Source: Candidatus Thorarchaeota archaeon (GTDB lineage Archaea; Asgardarchaeota; Thorarchaeia; Thorarchaeales; Thorarchaeaceae). From it: 32,000 bases of DNA. The stretch's first letter is position 1; every line of letters begins with the position of its first letter. Positions 7,546-17,313 of the stretch are shown one piece after another. The notes beneath the pieces are model-generated. The model did not search any database. It was not told where the DNA came from and saw only the letters and a program-made list of their open reading frames with translations. The DNA lies in assembly GCA_008080745.1 (NCBI GenBank), contig SHMX01000003.1:516264-548263 (forward strand). The letters run 5' to 3'. A program made the position numbers and the translations under genes.

Positions 7546-8781
7546 ATGGCGGAAAAATACAAGAACGAATCAAGACTCGAACTCGGCCCCGTAGAGGGCG
7601 ATCTAGAGTTGGACAGGGTTGACAGAATCTATCCCAAAGAGGGAGAAGAGATTGTTGTCAACGGAAAAATCACGATAAAAGGTGAAACCGAAATAGAAGG
7701 AACGCTAAGGGCTCATAGTATTGAGCTCAAGAGCAGAGACCGACTCACGATTAATGGAGATCTGATTCTACAGGGTGATGCATCGGCAAAAAGGGGTAGC
7801 CTAATAGTTGAAGGTTCTGCAACAGGACGTCATTTCGAAGTTGGCGGAAGTTTCAGTGTAGGAGAAGACCTGCAATGTGAAGCAGCCCGCGGCGGAGGAT
7901 CGGTCAAAGTTGTAGGTAATGCGACTGCTCAGAGAATCATGGGTGGTGGCTCTGTAAAAATCGAAGGAGATGCCAAAGTTGCTCGACTTCAAGGTGGCGG
8001 CTCAGTAAAAGTAGGCCGACTCATAACTTCTGATGAACTCAGTGCAGGAGGTTCTGGAAAGGTCAACCAAGGTAAGATTGGGAAAGTTGAGGTCGGAGGC
8101 AGTTTCAAATCAGTTGGGCCAGTAGAGGTCGAAGATATTGATGTTGGCGGCTCCGTTAAGCTAGCAGGCGGTTCCAAAGTAGAGATGATAGATGTTGGAG
8201 GCGCATTGAAAACTGACGGCGATTTGGAGTTCGGAGAGATCGATGTAGGTGGAGCTGTTAAAATTTCTGGGAACGCAAGAGGCAAGACGATAGACGTTGG
8301 AGGTACTGTTGTGATTGGCGGAACTCTCCATATTGGTAATATCGATGTCGGCGGAAAGGTAGAAGTTGATGAAGATCTCCACTGTGAACGAAAGATCAAA
8401 GTCGGTGGAACTGTCAGTGTTGGTGGAAGAATCCACACGTATCGAATAGTTGTTGGTGGAAGAATCGATGCAGAATACATCAAGGCCACTGACGGATTCC
8501 GTGTAGGTAAGAGAGCAGAAGTCACTGGTAATGTCGAATCGGGTGAGATTCTTATCCGAGAACGTGCTCGCACAAAATCTCTCTATGGTGAGGAAATCAG
8601 AATCGAAGAGCGCTCTCGAGTAGGAGCAGTATACGGACGCACTATCTATATTGAACGCGACGCAATTGTCGAGGGTGAAGTCCTGTATACCGAAGCCCTT
8701 GATTCAGAAGATGGTGTCAAGTTCAGAGTGGAGCCAAAGAAGGTAGACCAACTTCCTCCACCAGAACAAGTCTTAGAGTAG
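7546..8781 (+). CDS. Extended bactofilin-like (polymer-forming cytoskeletal, DUF583-like) beta-helix protein
   Basis: About 13 tandem ~17-aa repeats of GG(S/A/T)V(K/V)..G......IDV, with bactofilin-like ends (VEGDLEL, VTGNVESGEILI, VEGEVLY). ATG at 7546 after GGTGA. Confidence 0.82.
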   Translation: MAEKYKNESRLELGPVEGDLELDRVDRIYPKEGEEIVVNGKITIKGETEIEGTLRAHSIELKSRDRLTINGDLILQGDASAKRGSLIVEGSATGRHFEVGGSFSVGEDLQCEAARGGGSVKVVGNATAQRIMGGGSVKIEGDAKVARLQGGGSVKVGRLITSDELSAGGSGKVNQGKIGKVEVGGSFKSVGPVEVEDIDVGGSVKLAGGSKVEMIDVGGALKTDGDLEFGEIDVGGAVKISGNARGKTIDVGGTVVIGGTLHIGNIDVGGKVEVDEDLHCERKIKVGGTVSVGGRIHTYRIVVGGRIDAEYIKATDGFRVGKRAEVTGNVESGEILIRERARTKSLYGEEIRIEERSRVGAVYGRTIYIERDAIVEGEVLYTEALDSEDGVKFRVEPKKVDQLPPPEQVLE

Positions 8782-8858
8782 ATCGTGCAACACAGAAGAT
8801 GGCCTCACTCTGGGAGTTCACCGCCATCTCTTTGTTCACAACGTGAGGCCTGAATCTT

Positions 8859-8877
8859 AAGGGGGCTCTGCCCCCTT
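8859..8877. terminator. GC-rich hairpin AAGGGGGC-TCT-GCCCCCTT between convergent genes
   Basis: Perfect 8-bp stem, 12 bp beyond the methyltransferase stop. Confidence 0.5.
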
Positions 8878-8889
8878 CTCACATCAGTC

Positions 8890-9681
8890 TTAAGTGCTCC
8901 TTTTTCTCAATATTAAAATTCTCCTTCCACTTTCAGTGGTATAAGGTTCCATATCAAAACCACCAAGTTCTTGCACTACTTCAAAACCAGTAAAGTAAAC
9001 TAGGAGATCTGCCTCTCGATTGAAGATGACCGATGCTCCTGATGTGACCTCAATAAGTTCCTCCCTCTCACCTTTTGGGTCAGATACGATATATCGTAAA
9101 TCAAGTCTAAGAATCTGTTTTACAAAATCAACGTGAAACTCTCCTTCTCGTATCACACTTCTACCGTCTTCCAATTGAACAGGATTATCTTGGAACTTTG
9201 CATGCTCATTCATGGTAGCTCCAGCAAACAAGTCAAGAATAAACAGACCATCATCTGACAGATGAGCATGTATGGAAGACAAGGTGGAAAGCTGTTCTTC
9301 CGTTGTCATAGCATGTCCGAAGGAATTTGGAATTATAATCAGGGCAAATTTCTTGTCTAATGAGAAGTTTAGCATGCTTCCTGAAACGTATTCTATACGA
9401 CTTCGAACATCTTCAGGGAGTTTGTTTAGCAGGTTTTCAGCATGGATTAACATTGAGGGAGATGATTCCAAAGCGGTCACATGAAATCCGTGTTTAGCTA
9501 GATAGCGAGCGACTCGGCCAGTTCCAGCTGCTATATCAAGAATGGGAGAACCACACCTCTTTGCATATTCTAGATAGAATGGTAGGTCGCTATTGTCAGA
9601 AAACAACTCGTAAAATTCTGCAACCCCCTCATAACCCGGACCAATATTCTCGAAAAAACTCTCCTCTTTCATATGCCTCAT
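8890..9681 (-). CDS. Class I SAM-dependent methyltransferase
   Basis: ILDIAAGTGRVA motif I, VTALESSPSML, GSMLNFSLDKKFALIII, LSDDGLFILDL. The start may be the ATG at 9672. Confidence 0.92.
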   Translation of the reverse strand: MRHMKEESFFENIGPGYEGVAEFYELFSDNSDLPFYLEYAKRCGSPILDIAAGTGRVARYLAKHGFHVTALESSPSMLIHAENLLNKLPEDVRSRIEYVSGSMLNFSLDKKFALIIIPNSFGHAMTTEEQLSTLSSIHAHLSDDGLFILDLFAGATMNEHAKFQDNPVQLEDGRSVIREGEFHVDFVKQILRLDLRYIVSDPKGEREELIEVTSGASVIFNREADLLVYFTGFEVVQELGGFDMEPYTTESGRRILILRKRST

Positions 9682-9743
9682 CTCTGGTGCTATTCAAAGC
9701 AGTATATCAATAATTACTCAATGCAATATCTGTTTCTTTTCGC

Positions 9744-11465
9744 CTAGATGGAAATAACGTGTTCGTAAGGCCGTCGATATCGTTCGGGAACAGGATAATT
9801 GTTGAAGGAGTGAGTATACCACCGCTTGAAAAGGCCCTGCAATTCTTGAGTCACTCGAGCCGCCAGACTCTTTTCAACACTGGGTGACACAGACCAAACT
9901 CGTCCATTTTGGGTCTTCTCAATTGTTCCTTCTTTCGCTACTACCAGACCATTCTTGATGGTCAGATAGCTGTTTTCAAACAACGAGATGATTTTCTGAG
10001 GGTTATCAGCGAGATTGATCTTCGTAGGATCACTATCTAGTACACAGATATCAGCATCTGCTCCCACACCAAGATTGCCCTTGTCTTTCTCTAGACCAAG
10101 AATTTTACTTGGAGCTGCACGAGTGGAGATAGCTACTTCGTAGATAGACCATTCTCTATCGATTTCGGATAAGTGGGACCGTTCATGGACTATAGGATGC
10201 ACCTTCTCCAACCATTCTGTCCGCTGTTTCTTGCTCATGAGCCACGATAGAACTAGAGGGTATTTTGTGAAAGGTCCTCCATTGGGATGGTCAGTAGTCA
10301 TTACCACTCGCCAGAGATCATCTACGTTGAGTGCAAACTCTAACGGTGTTGCCCATTGGATGGTATTAGCAGGAGATTTTGGATCATAAGTATAGGGAAC
10401 AATACCAGCTCCACCCGGTAATTCAGCATCAACTGAGAGATTGGCCCATTTTGCACCAGTCATTTTGTGCAAAGCAAATTGAAAGGGTCCGTCACCAGTC
10501 ATTGTAGTAGCAGGGCCAAACGTAATTTGTCCAAGATCTACGGTAAAGTGAGTGTTCTTTTTGAAATAGTCTGCAAATCGCAGACCACCAGAGGCTACAT
10601 CTTTCCACTCAGGAACACCTCCTTCGACCATACCAAGACAGTCAAAGGACATGTGGGCAAGATGTGCTACCGCTTTACGCTTACCAAATCCACGGATATC
10701 ACGTAGGGCATCAAGGGTCTCTATGGTAGTTTCTACATTTCCGACCCTGCCCAAATTATTTGGATGCAGATGGATAGTATGGGGCAATCCTAGACTCTCA
10801 ACAGCTTGACAGAGTCCTCGAATAATCTCTCTGGGTGTTATGTCCCAGTCGGGAACAGGGGTATTAATTCGTCGGATATTACGACCGTGAGCCCATGCAT
10901 AGGTTCCACCAGGATTTACAATCTTAACACCCCAACCACCAGTGCTTTTGAGAAGCCAGGCAATATAACCCTTCAGACCCTCTAGGTCTTGTTCCTTGAT
11001 GTAGTGAAATGTGATTACGCTATTGCAGAACATAGGAAGCATAGCTAGGTCAAGATTGGGAATATCCACAAGTTCCTCCCATGCTCCAAGTGCCTTAAGC
11101 GCAGGAAGAGCTGGCTCAACAACAGTGGTGTAACCCATTGCAGAGTAGAGATAACCTGTGACGTACGAACTCGGCATAGTGGTCCCAACACCACTTCTAG
11201 TTCCGCGTGTGCGGGGAATTGAGAGACCTCTGTGGTCTTCGGGGCACATCATCCGACCCATCCCCAGCTTGCTTCCGATGATATGAGCATGCATATCTAC
11301 ACCACCGGGAAGAACAGCTCTTTTCTTCACATCGATGACTTGAGCAGACTCTGATACCTTCTCAACAATCTTTCCTTCAGATATACAGATATCCATTAAT
11401 TCACCATCGATTTCGTGAATGGGATCGTAGACCCGTGCATTCTTCAAGAGGTGGTCTTCGGTCAT
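9744..11465 (-). CDS. fwdA: Formylmethanofuran dehydrogenase subunit A
   Basis: PGGVDMHAHI, GYTTVVEPA, GVKIVNPGG, HLHPNNLG, HFTVDLGQITFG, TTDHPNGGPF, TRAAPSKILG; 573 aa. Confidence 0.96.
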   Translation of the reverse strand: MTEDHLLKNARVYDPIHEIDGELMDICISEGKIVEKVSESAQVIDVKKRAVLPGGVDMHAHIIGSKLGMGRMMCPEDHRGLSIPRTRGTRSGVGTTMPSSYVTGYLYSAMGYTTVVEPALPALKALGAWEELVDIPNLDLAMLPMFCNSVITFHYIKEQDLEGLKGYIAWLLKSTGGWGVKIVNPGGTYAWAHGRNIRRINTPVPDWDITPREIIRGLCQAVESLGLPHTIHLHPNNLGRVGNVETTIETLDALRDIRGFGKRKAVAHLAHMSFDCLGMVEGGVPEWKDVASGGLRFADYFKKNTHFTVDLGQITFGPATTMTGDGPFQFALHKMTGAKWANLSVDAELPGGAGIVPYTYDPKSPANTIQWATPLEFALNVDDLWRVVMTTDHPNGGPFTKYPLVLSWLMSKKQRTEWLEKVHPIVHERSHLSEIDREWSIYEVAISTRAAPSKILGLEKDKGNLGVGADADICVLDSDPTKINLADNPQKIISLFENSYLTIKNGLVVAKEGTIEKTQNGRVWSVSPSVEKSLAARVTQELQGLFKRWYTHSFNNYPVPERYRRPYEHVISI

Positions 11466-12760
11466 TGCATGACCTCCTCAAGCTGTTCATAGATCATTTG
11501 CAACACTTCACGGTCAGGGATAATACCCTCTGGTGGATTCATAACCTTCTTCAGATAGAGGGGAAGACCATCCATCCTTACTGCCGCTCCATCACATTCA
11601 ATACCAGCTATCGCAGTGGGAATATTTACCTCCGCAAAAAGAGAGGTCAGGTTTCTCTTAGGGTCAATGTTAATGACAGGAATTTTGCGAATGTGAGATA
11701 CCGCAACTTTTGGGAAATGAGCCACGGGATCTGCACCAATGTTCAGAAGAACATCGACCTCGCCACGTCGAAGTAGATCCACAGCAGTATACTCTCCTGG
11801 TTGGTAACGTGGGAACCCGCGTGAGAAATCTACTGCAAATGGATACCCTGTGGTCCAAGTCAATGTCTTGTTTGCCCCTGCCACATTGTAATGACCACGC
11901 ATGGACATCATGTTCCATTTGGTGTAGCTGTTCAAATCCTGTACGAGCCGAATAGCAGCATCAACATTGTGATGACGCCCGTGTGATTGAGTGAGACCTA
12001 GGCCAAAGAAGAGAATACCATATTTTGCTGATTTCATCCTTTCAGCGAGTTCTCTAATCGTATCAATTGGAACACCTCCAACCTCACTCACATCAATCTC
12101 ATGACCACGAACTAATGCCCGAAGAGCGGAAAGTACCTCAAGGTCTCGGCCAGGTTCTACTTTGACAAATCTATCAGCTAAAGTAGCTGTAATGCTTTTT
12201 CGAATATCAAAGACCCATACCTCTCTATCGGTCCGGGGGTCGTGTATGAATTCACCAGGGGGCTTGACAAATCGACTAATATGCCGCGGATGGGCAAATT
12301 GAGGATTAGACCCCCAGTATATCACGAGGTCTGCTCTGTTTTTGACCTCGGCTAAGGAACCCGCTGCCTCCCCAGACTCCTGAGTGCCAAGAATGGTGGG
12401 TCCGTGACAGACAGAAGAAGTGTTGTCAACAATTGCTCCCACTAGGTCTGCAATTTTGTAAGCCTCGCGATGAGCATCGTTCTCAACGGATGATAATCCA
12501 TAGATGAGGGGGCGTCTTGCATTTTTTAGAAGATCAACACAGTGAGAAATAGCAGTTTTCAATTCCACTGTTTGATGCGAGTCACCGTCTCTAATCTCAG
12601 GATGTTCCAGTCGATCATCAAGATGATGAAGGAATTTTGATTTGCTAATTGCACATCCATGCTCATTCTTGATAATTCGTCCATTGTCAACATGAATAAT
12701 CAAATCATCGCAAAGACAACCGCAGAAGGGACAAACAACATCTGGAATTGATATTCCCAT
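11462..12760 (-). CDS. fwdB: Formylmethanofuran dehydrogenase subunit B (Mo/W)
   Basis: VVCPFCGCLCDD 4Fe-4S motif, DNTSSVCHGP with Cys (not Sec) ligand, KNRADLVIYWGSNP, MRGHYNVAG. 4-bp overlap with fwdA. Confidence 0.96.
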   Translation of the reverse strand: MGISIPDVVCPFCGCLCDDLIIHVDNGRIIKNEHGCAISKSKFLHHLDDRLEHPEIRDGDSHQTVELKTAISHCVDLLKNARRPLIYGLSSVENDAHREAYKIADLVGAIVDNTSSVCHGPTILGTQESGEAAGSLAEVKNRADLVIYWGSNPQFAHPRHISRFVKPPGEFIHDPRTDREVWVFDIRKSITATLADRFVKVEPGRDLEVLSALRALVRGHEIDVSEVGGVPIDTIRELAERMKSAKYGILFFGLGLTQSHGRHHNVDAAIRLVQDLNSYTKWNMMSMRGHYNVAGANKTLTWTTGYPFAVDFSRGFPRYQPGEYTAVDLLRRGEVDVLLNIGADPVAHFPKVAVSHIRKIPVINIDPKRNLTSLFAEVNIPTAIAGIECDGAAVRMDGLPLYLKKVMNPPEGIIPDREVLQMIYEQLEEVMQ

Positions 12761-12766
12761 TTATGG

Positions 12767-13150
12767 TCACTCCATCAGTTCCTCAATGGATAGAATGGTC
12801 TCATCTTTGGCTGCAAAGATTATTGCCTCCATCTCCTTGAAACGTGGCATACCCGTCATCTCTGTATCCGCATTCATTATCATGTTCGCATAGGGTCCAC
12901 ATGGAATAAATGCAACCCCAGGCTCTGCACGTCTATCTAGCTTGCTTCGAACAATAACAGACCCTTCTATGGTCTCAACACGAACAGGATCGCCCTCTTC
13001 TATATCTAAAACAGAAAACGTTGTCTTGTCAAGTTCACATACTGCAACGGCCTCAAAATATTCAGGGGATAATTTTCCGACCTCCATGCTCACTCCCTGT
13101 CTTAGAGTTCGACCAGTGGTTAGTTTGACCTTGACTCCGGTTTTCGACAT
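12767..13150 (-). CDS. fwdD: Formylmethanofuran dehydrogenase subunit D (molybdopterin-dinucleotide binding)
   Basis: LTTGRTLRQG, GDPVRVET..GSVIV, AFIPCGPYAN, GMPRFK. Real start MSKTG at 13150; the upstream extension in the ORF track is not homologous. Confidence 0.92.
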   Translation of the reverse strand: MSKTGVKVKLTTGRTLRQGVSMEVGKLSPEYFEAVAVCELDKTTFSVLDIEEGDPVRVETIEGSVIVRSKLDRRAEPGVAFIPCGPYANMIMNADTEMTGMPRFKEMEAIIFAAKDETILSIEELME

Positions 13151-13276
13151 ACTATCACAGACAGAGTCTATACAGAATACCATAGAAAATAGCAGTTGCG
13201 GTGAGTCGAAAGAACAATCCAAAAAAAATTGTAAAATTTCGACTGATAGTTTATATTCTTTCAAATCAGCGTCGTG

Positions 13277-16156
13277 ATGGCGACAACCTTGAAGTTTTAC
13301 CATGGAATACTTGCGATATGTTTTGTGCTGCTTCTGATTCCTACCAACAGTCAAGCTGTTGTAATTAGTGGAGATCCGAATGCAAATGGACCATATGTTG
13401 ATACAATTGAGTTTCATGTAATGTCATCTTCTGACACTCGAAATGCACTTCTCAATGACAGTATAGACATCATCGGAGATATGATCGGACGAGATTATTT
13501 AGACACGCTTGAAGACTCAAATGTAGATATTGAAGATACATTCTATAACGGATATGGTACTGTCTACATCAGAACAAATAGATATCCATTGAATGTCACA
13601 GCACTACGAAGAGCTTTTGCGTACTCGTTCAATAAAACGTATATCTCCGAAGAGTACTACAATGGAACAGTAACTCCGATTGATTCGGTACAACCTCTAT
13701 CAAATCCGTTCAATATTGATAGTGAATACACCGATACCTATTATGACCTGGATAATGACACAGGAGCCATATTATTGGCACAAGCTGGTTTTTCTGATAT
13801 TGATGATGACGGAGATTTGGATGCTCCTAATGGAACAGCATTTCAGGTGGTAGTTGATTGCTTAGATTCAGGTGCAAACCAAGAAATTGGTATCGAATCT
13901 GTTGCAGCTCTAACAAGACTAAAAATCAATGCCACGGTAAATATTGTTGATATAGGAACATGGTTGGATAAAATTGCGAATACTGGCGATTATGACATGA
14001 TTGTATTGGCCAAAACAGGATTTACCTCAGACCCAACATGGATGGCAGACCGGTATAGTTCCAATATGGCAAATTCAGTTAGTATGAATCCAACAGGCTT
14101 CGCCAATTCGACGTTTGACAGTTGGATTCAACAATTAAAATATGGAACAACATGGACCGAAGTGAAGGAAGCTGCTACGGCTATGCAGGAGATATTACAC
14201 TATGAATGTCCGGAGGTTCCAATTTATAATGGGTACGCATACTATGCACAAAGGAATGATACGTATCAGAATTTTGTAAATGAACTTCTATATGGAACTC
14301 CATCCTACTGGACTAGTATGAAAGCCAGACTCCAAACCGATGAAGGTGGAGCTCTTGGTGGTACTCTCCGTGTTGGTACCAAAGACAACCACAGTACATT
14401 CAACTTTATGGAGGAAGTATCTACAACACAGAGAATCGAATTAATTGATGACCTGCTATGGGACACACTTCTTAAAGAAACACCTGAAAAAGAAATGATA
14501 CCTTGGATAGCTGAAGACTGGGACATAAGAACCAACGAAAGTGACCCATCCATTGATGATGGACATGTGGTGTACACATTTTACTTGGTAAAGAATGCAT
14601 CATTTACAGATGGGCATCCACTAACTGCAGACGATGTTGCATTTTCTCTATGGTTTTATGCTAATGAGTCTTCAAACCCCTATGAGCAAAATTTGGTAAA
14701 TATGCTCCGAGCGGATGCAATCTCATCATATATTCTCCAAGTCGAATTTTCAACATCCACATTCTGGAATCTATATCATACAGGTCTGAGCCCAATTATG
14801 CCAGAACATATCATGAGTGCCTATGCACCCAATGAATATCTCTTATGGAATCCAGATCCCAACACAGAGGAAATGGTTACCTCTGGCCCCTTCAATGTTA
14901 GTCAATATCACATAGGTTCTAACTATACACTCGAAAGAGTTCCAACCCATTGGAAGCATCTACCACAGCGTGATGACTCACAAGCACCAATTGTAGATGA
15001 TACCGCTGATTTTACCATAGGTTGGGGTACACCTAGTGTGAGTATATTTTGGGATGCAAATGATGCATATCCATACTCTTATCGAATCCTGAAGAACGGC
15101 ACTGTTCAAGAGTCGGGATTATGGGATGGGTCCTTTATTCAGTATAATATCGCTGAGACCCTCGAACTAGGAGTGCATAACTACACAATTGAATTCAAAG
15201 ACTGGGGTGGAAGAACATCAACAGATATGGTGCTAATTACTGTTGTAGATCATCAAGACCCAATCATTGACACATTTGGCAATTCAGCTTATCAGTATAT
15301 GACCACGGGTCATTGGCTCAATTTCACCTGTTATGATGACCATCCAGATTCCTATGAGTTCTATGCGAACGATGCGCTCATAGATTCATGGGATTGGACC
15401 GGAGAGGACCTTGGATTCAATATCGATGGATATGCAATTGGTGTGTGGAACTTCACATTACTTCTGAACGATACCAGTGGTAACATGGCAAGTGAATCTG
15501 CTTTTATCACAGTATATGAATCTGCTAATCCATTAAACGAGGCGCCAGACTCATACGTATACCAATACGGAACAGAGGGACACTGGTTGAATTGGACCTT
15601 GTTTGATGTAGCCCCTGACTCCTATGAGTTCTATGTCAATGATGAATTAGAGAGCTCTGGAGACTGGACAGGAGAGAACCTGAATTTCCCTGTGGATGGT
15701 TATGGTTTGGGTATCTGGGAGTTCACTCTGTTTGTGAACGATACTAGTGGAAACTCTGCACAAAGTACTGCTTTCGTGATTGTCGAGGATGCAGAAGATC
15801 CTGTTCTCAACGACCCAGAGGACATCCAGTATGTTGAGGGATCAACAGACAACTGGATTCATTGGCAAGTGAATGATGTTCTACCTGATAGCTATGTTCT
15901 ATATCGAAATGGCACTCCTGTGGCTTCAGGAAGTTGGAGTAATGGATTCCTGAATATCTCTATTGATAATCTGGACCCAGGTGTGTACAGATATAGACTT
16001 GTTGTAAGCGATACTAGCGGAAACACAGCTGAGAGTACAGTATTAGTCACTGTAGCTCCAGCTATTGTCCCACCACCATTATCAATAATACTAATCGGTT
16101 CTGGAATCGGTATAGTCTGTATTGTGATTGTGATAATCGCTCTCAGACGGAAATAA
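13277..16156 (+). CDS. Family-5 (Opp/Dpp-type) substrate-binding protein, circularly permuted, with four Ig-like repeats and C-terminal TM anchor
   Basis: Signal peptide; LRRAFAYSFNK, HYECPEVPIY, WIAEDW, FTDGHPLTADDVAFS, TSGPF; four ~90-aa repeats (PDSYEFY.ND...DTSGN); TM helix + RRK; many NxS/T sequons. Confidence 0.9.
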   Translation: MATTLKFYHGILAICFVLLLIPTNSQAVVISGDPNANGPYVDTIEFHVMSSSDTRNALLNDSIDIIGDMIGRDYLDTLEDSNVDIEDTFYNGYGTVYIRTNRYPLNVTALRRAFAYSFNKTYISEEYYNGTVTPIDSVQPLSNPFNIDSEYTDTYYDLDNDTGAILLAQAGFSDIDDDGDLDAPNGTAFQVVVDCLDSGANQEIGIESVAALTRLKINATVNIVDIGTWLDKIANTGDYDMIVLAKTGFTSDPTWMADRYSSNMANSVSMNPTGFANSTFDSWIQQLKYGTTWTEVKEAATAMQEILHYECPEVPIYNGYAYYAQRNDTYQNFVNELLYGTPSYWTSMKARLQTDEGGALGGTLRVGTKDNHSTFNFMEEVSTTQRIELIDDLLWDTLLKETPEKEMIPWIAEDWDIRTNESDPSIDDGHVVYTFYLVKNASFTDGHPLTADDVAFSLWFYANESSNPYEQNLVNMLRADAISSYILQVEFSTSTFWNLYHTGLSPIMPEHIMSAYAPNEYLLWNPDPNTEEMVTSGPFNVSQYHIGSNYTLERVPTHWKHLPQRDDSQAPIVDDTADFTIGWGTPSVSIFWDANDAYPYSYRILKNGTVQESGLWDGSFIQYNIAETLELGVHNYTIEFKDWGGRTSTDMVLITVVDHQDPIIDTFGNSAYQYMTTGHWLNFTCYDDHPDSYEFYANDALIDSWDWTGEDLGFNIDGYAIGVWNFTLLLNDTSGNMASESAFITVYESANPLNEAPDSYVYQYGTEGHWLNWTLFDVAPDSYEFYVNDELESSGDWTGENLNFPVDGYGLGIWEFTLFVNDTSGNSAQSTAFVIVEDAEDPVLNDPEDIQYVEGSTDNWIHWQVNDVLPDSYVLYRNGTPVASGSWSNGFLNISIDNLDPGVYRYRLVVSDTSGNTAESTVLVTVAPAIVPPPLSIILIGSGIGIVCIVIVIIALRRK
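14972..16058 (+). repeat. Four tandem ~270-nt intragenic repeats encoding Ig-like domains
   Basis: Units 2 and 3 share CCxGAxTCCTATGAGTTCTATG and GATACxAGTGG at DNA level; all four share W..D..P.SY....N and D.SGN. Confidence 0.85.
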
Positions 16157-16166
16157 TAGAACCTAC

Positions 16167-16199
16167 GATGGCCAACCCGGCCATCTCTTCATTTTTTTT
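16167..16199 (+). terminator. Hairpin GATGGCC-AACCC-GGCCATC plus T8 tract after the SBP gene
   Basis: Perfect 7-bp stem 10 bp after the stop, then TCTTCATTTTTTTT. Confidence 0.65.
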
Positions 16200-16347
16200 A
16201 TTACTTTTGTTAAAGAAAATTCCACTCGCGGATTATCGTATCTACTATTAACCTCTCAAGATCAATCCATAGGTTACTTCGAAGAGTTTATCAGACTCGC
16301 CTCTCGGATTCGCACAAAGCTCGAAGCCAATTCAGGCGGATATTATT

Positions 16348-17313
16348 ATGGTAAGCAAAAAGACCCTTGTTGAGCTATACACAAGGACGCTCAAGGTTAG
16401 ATTATTCGAGGAGAAAGTCTGGGACCTTTTCGGTCAGAACCTAGTACCAGGAACTCTACACTTGTATCTTGGACAGGAGGCCGTTGCTGCTGGAATCACT
16501 GCAGCTATGAAGGACTCTGATTGGGTACAGAGTACACACAGAGGTCACGGACATGTAATTGCAAAAGGAGCTGACCCAAAGAAGGCTCTAGCTGAATTAC
16601 TTGGAAAGAAGACAGGTTCCTGTAAGGGAAAAGGAGGTTCCATGCACATCACCGAGTTTGATGCTGGTGTGCTAGGAGCTACTGGTGTTGTTGCATCTGG
16701 TCTACCAATTGCGGTAGGTGCAGCCCTCTCTTCACAGATGAAGGGAACGAATGATGTTGTAGCCTGCTTCTTTGGTGATGGTGCATCAAATAATGGCACA
16801 TTTGGCGAATCATTGAACATGGCTGCTATCTGGAAACTACCTGTTATCTGGGTGGTTGAAAACAACTTCTACGCGATGGGCACCCCCATAAAACTCACTT
16901 GCCCAAGTGAAAATATCGCAGCTCGCGCTGATGGATACTGCACACCCAATGTTGTTGTAGACGGGAATAATGCCCTTGAAGTCTACGAGGCAGCAGTCGA
17001 AGCAGTCAAGAGAGCACGAGATGGAGATGGTCCAACACTCATTGAATGCAAGACCTACAGAAAACGAGGACACTCCCGTTTTGATCCTGCCAAATACAGA
17101 CCCAAGGAAGAGGCAGAACACTGGCTCAGTCGAGACCCTGTGGACATCATCAAAGAGATTGCAATCAAAGAGGGAGCCATTACTGAGAAAGAGGCTGAGA
17201 AGATCAGAAAGAAGCTAGAGAAAGAGATGGAAGAGGCTGGAAAGTTCGCAGTTGAATCCGATTACCCAGAGCCAGAAAAGGCACTGGAAGATGTATATGC
17301 GGAGGAGTTCTAG
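16348..17313 (+). CDS. pdhA: 2-oxoacid (pyruvate/acetoin) dehydrogenase E1 alpha subunit
   Basis: HLYLGQEAV, STHRGHGH, KGKGGSMH, TPP motif FFGDGASNNGTFGESLNMAAIWKLP, GPTLIECKTYR. Substrate (pdh vs aco) unresolved. Confidence 0.93.
   Translation: MVSKKTLVELYTRTLKVRLFEEKVWDLFGQNLVPGTLHLYLGQEAVAAGITAAMKDSDWVQSTHRGHGHVIAKGADPKKALAELLGKKTGSCKGKGGSMHITEFDAGVLGATGVVASGLPIAVGAALSSQMKGTNDVVACFFGDGASNNGTFGESLNMAAIWKLPVIWVVENNFYAMGTPIKLTCPSENIAARADGYCTPNVVVDGNNALEVYEAAVEAVKRARDGDGPTLIECKTYRKRGHSRFDPAKYRPKEEAEHWLSRDPVDIIKEIAIKEGAITEKEAEKIRKKLEKEMEEAGKFAVESDYPEPEKALEDVYAEEF

Noticed and set aside
8790-8885. SECIS element in the 3' UTR of the fwd operon
   Set aside because: FwdB has Cys at the metal-ligand site, no in-frame TGA occurs in fwdDBA, and the stems do not fit a SECIS core convincingly.
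13151-13417. N-terminal extension of fwdD in the ORF track (216 aa)
   Set aside because: Overlaps the divergent SBP gene and promoter; FwdD homology starts at 13150.
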